Positions 56,274 through 64,000 of a stretch of 64,000 nt of DNA are shown here, one piece after another. A model generated the notes under the pieces. It was not told where the DNA came from. It made no database searches and worked only from the letters and a program-made list of their open reading frames with translations. A program made the position numbers and the translations under genes. Source of the DNA: Candidatus Eiseniibacteriota bacterium (GTDB taxonomy: Bacteria; Eisenbacteria; RBG-16-71-46); NCBI GenBank assembly GCA_963707915.1, contig OY970178.1, positions 1,088,001 to 1,152,000 on the forward strand, read 5' to 3'. Position 1 is the stretch's first letter, and each line of letters starts with the position of its first letter.

Positions 56274-58708
56274 TCAGGCCGCGACGGCCGGCGTCCCCGC
56301 CCGCTTCCCGCCGCGGGCGAGCGCCACGGCGACGGCCCCGCAGAGCCCGAGCCACACCAGGGACGCGACGCGCGTCACCGGCACTCCCACCGCCCAGCCC
56401 GGGGGCTCGTAGCGCATCACGACGCGGTGGCTGCCCCCCGGCACCGCCACGCCGCGCAGCAGGTGGTCCACGCGGAAGAGCGGCGCGCCCGTCCCGTCCA
56501 CGGTCACGCTCCAGCCCGGCATCCAGGCGTCCGCGACCACGACGAAGGCCATCATCGGCGCCGCGACGTCCAGCTCCAGCCGGTCGGGATCGTCGCGCCG
56601 CCAGCCCAGCGTCGCGCCGGATGACCCCGGGTAGCGGCCCGCCGCGCGCGCCTCGGTCGTGTAGGCGACCCGTTCGGGCGCGAAGCCCGCATCGTAGAGG
56701 CACCTCATCACGTCGAGGTCCTGGCGCAGGGCGATCACCTCGGTCACGGTGTAGGCGCGCGGCAGCGGATGGCGCAACCGGTACACGGTCATGCCGCTCG
56801 GCGCGCGGTCCACCGCTTCGACCCGCGTGCTGTCCTGGGCCTGGAGGTCCTTGCCCTCGAACCAGCGCACCGCGAGCGCGCGCAGCATGCCCTCGCGCGG
56901 GAGCAACCCCTCCCTCCAGACCTCGTCCCACCTCCTGCTCACCGCGCCGTGCAGCCCCCCCAGCGACCGGGCCCGCCAGGCGATCCAGTCGTTCGAGTAG
57001 AAGAGCCCGCGGTCCATCGGGAAGGCCCGGCCCAGCGGATCTGCGGCGGCGAACCGGGCGAGCGGCGGCGGAGAAGGAGCCGCCAGGCTCGCCGGGGAGC
57101 CGGTGGCCTTGCCGAGCAGGGGAAGGTCCACGACCGCCAGGTCGAAGGTCAGCAACACCGCCAGCGCCAGCGGCCGCCAGGGCCTCGCCCGGCCGGGCAG
57201 CCCCAGAGCACCGAGCGCGAGGGCGGCCAGCCCGAGGCGCAACGCCAGGTCCTCGATCCCCGACTGCGCGGCGTTCGCCGCGGTCTCCGCGTCCATCTGA
57301 GGCCGCGCGGCCAGCACCGCGTCGCGCAGCAGGTCCCGCAGCGGGCCGCCGGCGCTGAGCGCGGCCGAGAGCAGCAGGGCGGCCCCCGCCGCGGGGAGGA
57401 CCCAACGCGGCGCCGGCGAGCGCTCCAGCAGCCGTTCGAGCCCGCGGGCCGAGAGCAACGCCGCGGCGAGCTGGGTCACGATCAGGCCGGCGACCACGAC
57501 GCGCAGGCTCGGCAGCAACGGCACGACACGGTAGGCGGCCTCGTAGAGCGGAAGCCGGGTGCCCAGCGCCATCAGCAGTCCGAGCAGTCCCGCACCCCCC
57601 AGCACGGCGGCGGCTCCGCGCCCGCCGTCCCGCCGCGCGGCCCAGGCCGCGGGCAGCGCGAGCAGGGCCACGATCCCGAGGTAGTTGGGGTAGTCCGTGG
57701 CGCGCATGCCGCCCCAGTAGGTGCTCCCGCCGAAGCCTGCCCCCCACGGCCACGCCAGCGTGAGGTAGTCGCGCAGCGCGAAGCTGAAGCTGCGCACCTC
57801 GCCGATCGGGAGCCCCCGCCCACCGCGCACCGAGAGCCCGCCATAGAGCATCGCCGGCCACCACGCCGCGGCCGCCATCGCCGCGCCGAGGCCGATGCCC
57901 GCCCCCGCCAGCGCCAGGCGTTCCGGCCGCGCGAAGCGGCGCGCGCGCTCGATCGCGAAGGCCGCGCCGAGCAGCAGGGTGAACAGCACGAACTGCGGGT
58001 GGCCGGCCGCGGCCGCGAGCGCGAAGGCCAGCGCCAGGCCGAGCGCGGCGGCGCACGCCGCGCGGCCCGACGCCGGGGCCACGACGCCGTGCACCGCGAG
58101 CAGCGTCACCGGCATCAGCGAGGCGGTCACGAACTGGGCGTCGTGGCCGAAGGCGAACGGCACGACCAGGTTCGGGGTCAGCCCCCAGGCCAGCCCCGCC
58201 CACGCCATGCCGGCGGCGCGCGAGCGCCACAGCGCCCGCGCCAGTCCCGCGGCCGCGATCATGCCGGCCAGGTGCGCCAGGAGCGGTCCCCACAGCCGCG
58301 GCACCACCGGTGAGCGCTCCAGCGTCTCCCAGGCGTCGAGCATGCGGTCGGGCAGGTACTGCGGGCGCGGGTCCGCGAGGCTGGCCGCCGCGGGGATGCC
58401 CGCGAACACGTACGGGTTCCAGAACGTGCGCTCGTGGTGCTCGCGCCAGCGCTCGCGGGAGAATTCGGCGTAGGAGCGGTACGCCGTGGCGTCGCCGATC
58501 ACGAACACGCGCCCGGCGAAGAGCTGCGGCCCGAAGAGCAGCATCCAGGCGAGCAGCAGCGCGGCCAGCACCGCGAGGCGTTCCCGCGCCGGCAGCGGCG
58601 CGGCCGGCACCTCCGGGGCGTCCGGACGCGTCCCGGGCCGCGAGGACGACGACCGCGCGGCCCCGGAGGGCGCCTTGCGCGGCCGCCCCGCCGCCGGGCG
58701 CGGCTTCA

Positions 58709-58709
<1 letters not shown>
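56274..58709 (-). CDS. YfhO-family polytopic membrane protein (putative GT-C glycosyltransferase)
   Basis: WNPYVFAGIP, GHPQ, YWG, YLG, C-terminal PGWSVTVDG...LRGVAVPGGSHRVVMRYEP. Confidence 0.85.
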
Positions 58710-59553
<844 letters not shown>

Positions 59554-59557
<4 letters not shown>

Positions 59558-60747
59558 GGCTCCACCCCCGCCCCCGCCGCCTCGAGCCGCGCGATGGCCT
59601 CGTGGCACCCGGCCAGCGTCGGGACCAGCGCGATGCGGACGAACCCCGCTCCCGCCGCGCCCAGGAACGAGCCCGGCAGCGCCACCAGGCCGATGCGCAG
59701 CAGGCGCTCGACGAACGCCACGTCGTCGCCGCCCGGGGCGGCGAGCCACAGGTAGAAGGTGGCCTCGCTGGCCTCGACACGCCAGCCGCGCCGGGCGAAG
59801 TACTCGAGGAAGAGCCCCCGCTTGGCCGCGTACTTCGAGCGCTGGTCGGCGGCGTGGGCGTCGTCGCTCCACGCGGCGATGGCGGCGGCCTGCACGAAGT
59901 CGGGCGTGGCCACTCCCACGTTGGGGCGGAAGCGGCGCAGCGCGGCGATCATGCGCGGATCGCCGGCGATGAAGCCCGAGCGGTAGCCGCTCATCGCGGA
60001 GCGCTTGCTGAGCGTGTGGAGTGCGACGACGTTCTCGAGCCCGCACTCCAGCATCGAGTGCGGGGCCGCACCGAAGAACAGCTCGGTGTAGGCCTCGTCC
60101 GCGACCACCCAGAAGCCGTGGCGGCGCGCCAGCGCCGCGACGCGCTCGAGGGCCGGGCGGTCCAGCATGGAACCGGTCGGGTTGTGCGGCGTGTTGAGCC
60201 ACAGCAGCGCGGTGCGGCGCCAGACCTCGTCGGGCACGCGCTCCGGCGCGAAGCGCCAGCCGTCCTCGCTGCGCAGCGGCGCCAGGTGGACGTCCGCGCC
60301 GGCGAAGCGCGCCGCGGGCTCGTAGACCGGGTAGGCGGGTGAGGGGATGACGACCGTGCGGCGCCCGGGGCCGCCCTGCCCCACCACGGCGAAGGCCATC
60401 AGGAAGACCGCCTCCTTCGTGCCGTTGGCCGGCAGCACCTCGGTCTCGGCATCGAGCGACACGCCGAAGCGGCGTGCGAACCAGCCGGTGAACGCGGTCC
60501 GCAGCGCCGGCTGGCCGGCCATCGCGGGATAGCTCGAGACCACCGGGACCGCGTCCCGCAGCGCCTCGCGGATGAACCCCGGGGTCTCCTCGCGCGGATC
60601 GCCCATGCTGAAATCGATCGGCTGGATCCCCGCCGGGGCGAGCTCCCGACGGCGGCGCTCGAGCGCGACGAACGGGTACTCGGGGCCGCCGGTGAGCAGC
60701 GGGTTCAAGGGCGCCGCCACGGCGGCGCTCCGGTCATCGGGCCTCAT
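59554..60747 (-). CDS. dapC: Succinyldiaminopimelate aminotransferase (PLP class I/II)
   Basis: YPF, GTKEA, YPVY, PHNPTG, DEAY, LSKRSAMSGYRSG; lies between dapE and dapD. Confidence 0.88.
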
Positions 60748-61811
60748 CAGTCCCCCTCCGCGAGGAATCGTGCCAGGCAGTCGTAGGTGCGTGCCAGGTT
60801 CCCGACCGGGCAGTACTCGCCGGCGGTGTGGCTCTGTTCGGGCAGCCCCGGACCGAAGTTCAGCGCCGCCACCCCCAGCGCCGTGAAGCGGGCCACGTCG
60901 GTCCACCCCTGCTTGCCGGTCGCCTCGAGCCCGAAGCGAGTCACGAACTCGCGCACCAGCGGCACGTCCAGGCACACGAGGCCCGGGGGCGACTGGTCGG
61001 TGACGCGGAACTCGAACCCCGCCGGCACCAGCGCGCGCAGCCGCGCCTCGGCCTCGGCCGGCGTGCGGCCCGGCGGGTAGCGGTGGTTGAGGTTGGCCGT
61101 GAGCTGGTCGGGCACCACGTTCTTCGCGCCGCCGGCCTCCAGCCGCGTGACCTGCAGCGTCTCGCGGAACTCGACGCCCTGCACCACGACCGGCGTGACC
61201 GGGAAGCGCACGATCTCGGCGAGCCAGGGCGCGGCGCTCTCGACGGCGTTCACGCCGGTCCAGGGCCGCGCCGCGTGCGCGCTCTTCCCGCGCACGCACA
61301 CCTCCACGTGCATCGAGCCGTTGCAGCCCAGCTCGGCCTGCGCGGCGGTGGGCTCGAGCAGCACCGCGAGGGCCGCCTCGCGCAGCCAGGGCATCTCCGC
61401 CAGGACCCGGCCCAGGCCGTTGGCCTCGTGCGGACCCTCCTCCCCGTCGTAGAACACGGCAGCCAGGTCGAAGCGCAGCCGGTCGGGATCCAGCGAATCG
61501 AGCAGGGCGAGCATCACCGCGTCGCCGCCCTTCATGTCGCTCGCGCCGAGCCCGTAGAGCCGGTCGCCCTCGCGGCGCGCCCGTTCGTTGCCGTTCGGCG
61601 GGACGGTGTCGAGGTGCCCGGCGAGCACGACCAGCGGACGGCCGCGCCGCGGCCCCCGCCAGGCCACCGCGTCCCCCGAGCGCAGGCACTCCCCCGTGGC
61701 CCGACGCCCCAGCCGTCCCGCCACGAACCCGGCGATGGCGGATTCCCGGCCCGTGACGCTGGGGATGTCCACCAGCGCACCCAGCAACTCGGCGATGGCT
61801 TCAGGATCCAT
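60747..61811 (-). CDS. dapE: Succinyl-diaminopimelate desuccinylase (M20)
   Basis: LAGHLDTVP, GASDMKGG, YDGEEG, LEPT, HAARPW, GWTDVARF, FGPG...H. Confidence 0.9.
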   Translation of the reverse strand: MDPEAIAELLGALVDIPSVTGRESAIAGFVAGRLGRRATGECLRSGDAVAWRGPRRGRPLVVLAGHLDTVPPNGNERARREGDRLYGLGASDMKGGDAVMLALLDSLDPDRLRFDLAAVFYDGEEGPHEANGLGRVLAEMPWLREAALAVLLEPTAAQAELGCNGSMHVEVCVRGKSAHAARPWTGVNAVESAAPWLAEIVRFPVTPVVVQGVEFRETLQVTRLEAGGAKNVVPDQLTANLNHRYPPGRTPAEAEARLRALVPAGFEFRVTDQSPPGLVCLDVPLVREFVTRFGLEATGKQGWTDVARFTALGVAALNFGPGLPEQSHTAGEYCPVGNLARTYDCLARFLAEGD

Positions 61812-61872
61812 GGAGGGTCTCGCGTGATGATCGAGGGTGGAGCCGCAATCTAGCACCCGTCGCGCGCTTGCG

Positions 61873-63642
61873 CTACCGGCGCACCGCGCCACGCGCACCG
61901 CGCCGGGGGGCCTCCGGCGCGCCCGCCCCGAGTTCGCGCGCGGCGGCCCGGACCTCTGCGTCGGCCGTGGGCAGGGCGGCGGCACGCGCGAGCCAGTCGC
62001 GCGCCGCGGCCCGGTCGCCGGCCGAGAGCGCACTGAGCCCGGCGTAGTAGAAGTAGTCCACGGAGTCGGGGAACGCGGCGGCGAGCTTCGCGTACTCCGC
62101 GGCCGTCCCCGGCCACTCCCCGCCGCGCGACAGCGCGATCGCGAGCCGCTCGTGGTCCTCGCGCCACAATGGGTCCTCGACGCGCGCCCGCGCGACGTCC
62201 TCGGGGCCGCGGCGGACCTCGATCCACCCGGCCAGGCTGTCGAAGCGGAAGAAGCGGTCGGGGCCCGCGGGCTCGCCCGCCCGGCGCGCGCGGAACTGCG
62301 AGAACAGCGCTCCGCTCACGGTCGGGTCCCGGAACCAGACCCGCAGCGCCGGGCCGTCCCCCTGCAGGAAGCCGACGTTGCTCGGCACGTCCGCGAAGTA
62401 GAACCGGCCGTGAGGCGGCGCCGCGGGGACTTTCGCCAGCAGGTCCCGCCGCATGAAGTCGATGAACTCCGCGGCGCGCCGCTGGTACCATTCGTCGCCC
62501 CAGTCGCGCGAGGCGGTGGCCGCCTGCAGCGGCCGCAGCAGCGCGAGGGCCGCCACCACCGCGAGCGCGAGGGCCGGACGACGCGCGAGCCGGGCCCCCA
62601 GCAGCAGCCAGGCGCCCAGCATGCCGAAGAGCCCGTAGTAGGCGTGCCAGCCCACCGTGGGCGCGAAGAGCGGCACCCAGCCGGCCACCGCCCAGGCGAG
62701 CGCCAGCCACGCGAGGCCGTGCCCGCGATCGCCCGGTCCCCACGTCGGACGGCGCCGCGCCCCGTGGCGGGCCAGCAACGGGAGCGCCGCCATCAGGGCC
62801 AGGCACGCCGCTCCGCCCGCGCCCACCAGCAGCGGACCTCCCCAGCCGTGCTCGGGGACCGGCAGGCGGTGGAGGTTCACGGTGGCGAGCAACGCGCGCA
62901 CCGCCACGCTCGAGGGCCCGTCGGCCACGACCGGCGGGGGCGGCGCCGCGACGACGTGCCAGAACCGCCCGCCGAGCAGCGGATGCACGGCCGCCCACAC
63001 CGCGGCCACCACCAGCAGCGGCGCGGTGCTCCACGCGGCCCGCGCCGCCGGCCGGCCCCGCGCCCGCCAGGCCAGCACGAAGGCCACCGCCGGCAACAGC
63101 GCCGCGGTCTCCTTGCTGAGCAGCGCCAGCAGGAAGAGCACCGCGGCGGCCGCGGTGCGCCCGCGCTCGAAGGCCAGGAGCGCGCCGAGGGCGAAGACCA
63201 TCATCCACAGGTCCTGCACGCCCGCGACCCACACGAGCGGCAACCCCCAGGCGGCCAGCGCGGCCACTCCCGCGGTCGCCACCGCCGCGGCCCGGTCGCC
63301 GGCCAGGCGGCGCGCCAGCGTCCAGTAGAGGCCCATCAGCGTCAGCCACAGCGCGAAGCTCGCCAGGTGATAGGGAGCGACGTCGGTCCCGAAGAGCCCC
63401 TGCAGGGTCCAGTAGTGCAGCTCGCGCGACCACGGCCGGTACCAGAGCCAGACCGCGGGGCGCGGCAGCCACAGCGAGAGGAACGACGCGCCGCGGGTCA
63501 CGTCCAGGAACACGTAGTCGTCGTTGATGAATGGCACGCGCCAGGCGTAGCCGTACTGGGTGGCGAGGAACACCGTCAGCAGGGCCGCCCCGACCGCCAC
63601 TCCGGGGACCGCGTTCCCTGCCGGACGGCCCCCGCGATTCAC
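61873..63642 (-). CDS. Polytopic membrane protein (GT-C/ArnT-like) with C-terminal TPR-like helices
   Basis: FINDDY, WYRP, ALLSKETA, many TM segments, helical repeat tail. Confidence 0.65.
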   Translation of the reverse strand: MNRGGRPAGNAVPGVAVGAALLTVFLATQYGYAWRVPFINDDYVFLDVTRGASFLSLWLPRPAVWLWYRPWSRELHYWTLQGLFGTDVAPYHLASFALWLTLMGLYWTLARRLAGDRAAAVATAGVAALAAWGLPLVWVAGVQDLWMMVFALGALLAFERGRTAAAAVLFLLALLSKETAALLPAVAFVLAWRARGRPAARAAWSTAPLLVVAAVWAAVHPLLGGRFWHVVAAPPPPVVADGPSSVAVRALLATVNLHRLPVPEHGWGGPLLVGAGGAACLALMAALPLLARHGARRRPTWGPGDRGHGLAWLALAWAVAGWVPLFAPTVGWHAYYGLFGMLGAWLLLGARLARRPALALAVVAALALLRPLQAATASRDWGDEWYQRRAAEFIDFMRRDLLAKVPAAPPHGRFYFADVPSNVGFLQGDGPALRVWFRDPTVSGALFSQFRARRAGEPAGPDRFFRFDSLAGWIEVRRGPEDVARARVEDPLWREDHERLAIALSRGGEWPGTAAEYAKLAAAFPDSVDYFYYAGLSALSAGDRAAARDWLARAAALPTADAEVRAAARELGAGAPEAPRRGARGAVRR

Positions 63643-63998
63643 GGCCGCTTTCCGAGGGTCACCGTGACCTCGATCCTGCCCGCCTTGCGCTGGACCGCGA
63701 GCCGCACCGGCTGTCCCGGCTTCCGCGAGCGCAGCGCGTAGGCGTAGTCGTACAGGTTGTCGATGCGCACGTCGTCGAACTTCACGATCACGTCGCCCGG
63801 CTGGAGACCGGCCTGCTCGGCCGGGCTCCCCGCCCGCACCCCCGAGAGCAGCACGCCGCCCTCGGTCTGGGAGAAGTCCGGGATGGTGCCGAGGTAGGCG
63901 CCGTAGCCGCTCCCTCCCCCGATGCGCCCGGGCGTGCTGTCGGCCCGGGCCTTCAGGACGTGCGGGCGCGGGCGCGCGTCCAGCGACTCGACCAGGGC
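63639..63998 (-). CDS. C-terminal PDZ domain, probably of an M28 peptidase (5' end outside window)
   Basis: YLGTIPDF...GVRAGSPAEQAGLQPGDVIV...NLYDY. Confidence 0.75.
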   Translation of the reverse strand, partial: ALVESLDARPRPHVLKARADSTPGRIGGGSGYGAYLGTIPDFSQTEGGVLLSGVRAGSPAEQAGLQPGDVIVKFDDVRIDNLYDYAYALRSRKPGQPVRLAVQRKAGRIEVTVTLGKRP

Positions 63999-64000
63999 GG

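Overview
A 64 kb, very GC-rich window from a diderm bacterium. Gene content and order suggest an FCB-related lineage such as Ca. Eisenbacteria or Gemmatimonadota (inference only). Most of it is housekeeping: an M16 peptidase pair, metK, an lptC-lptB-rpoN-hpf-hprK-mannose-type PTS cluster, kdsB-pyrG-kdsA-kdsC-kdsD, rplU-rpmA, a radical SAM gene with rng, sdhA-C-D-B, uvrA-rtcB (three single-base frameshifts, probably assembly errors), a two-component system, surA/ppiD, folB-folK-dnk-panB-panC-HIT-lytR-tatA and dapE-dapC-dapD. The most unusual locus is 803-5151 on the minus strand. A clear sigma70 promoter precedes a roughly 125 nt structured leader (long hairpin with an anti-Shine-Dalgarno loop, then a terminator). 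Next comes a small signal-peptide ORF whose stop overlaps (ATGA) the start of a TPR-AAA+-HTH sigma54 activator, which an intact IS3-family element splits exactly in frame (4 bp target duplication CACC). This resembles a peptide-sensing (RRNPP-like) circuit wired to sigma54. A second candidate is an unannotated 22 aa Lys-rich micropeptide with a perfect Shine-Dalgarno and a sigma54-like promoter, just downstream of a PAS kinase/NtrC pair. A third is a porin, mini periplasmic binding protein and chemoreceptor module. All family assignments come from motif recognition by eye; no database searches were run.
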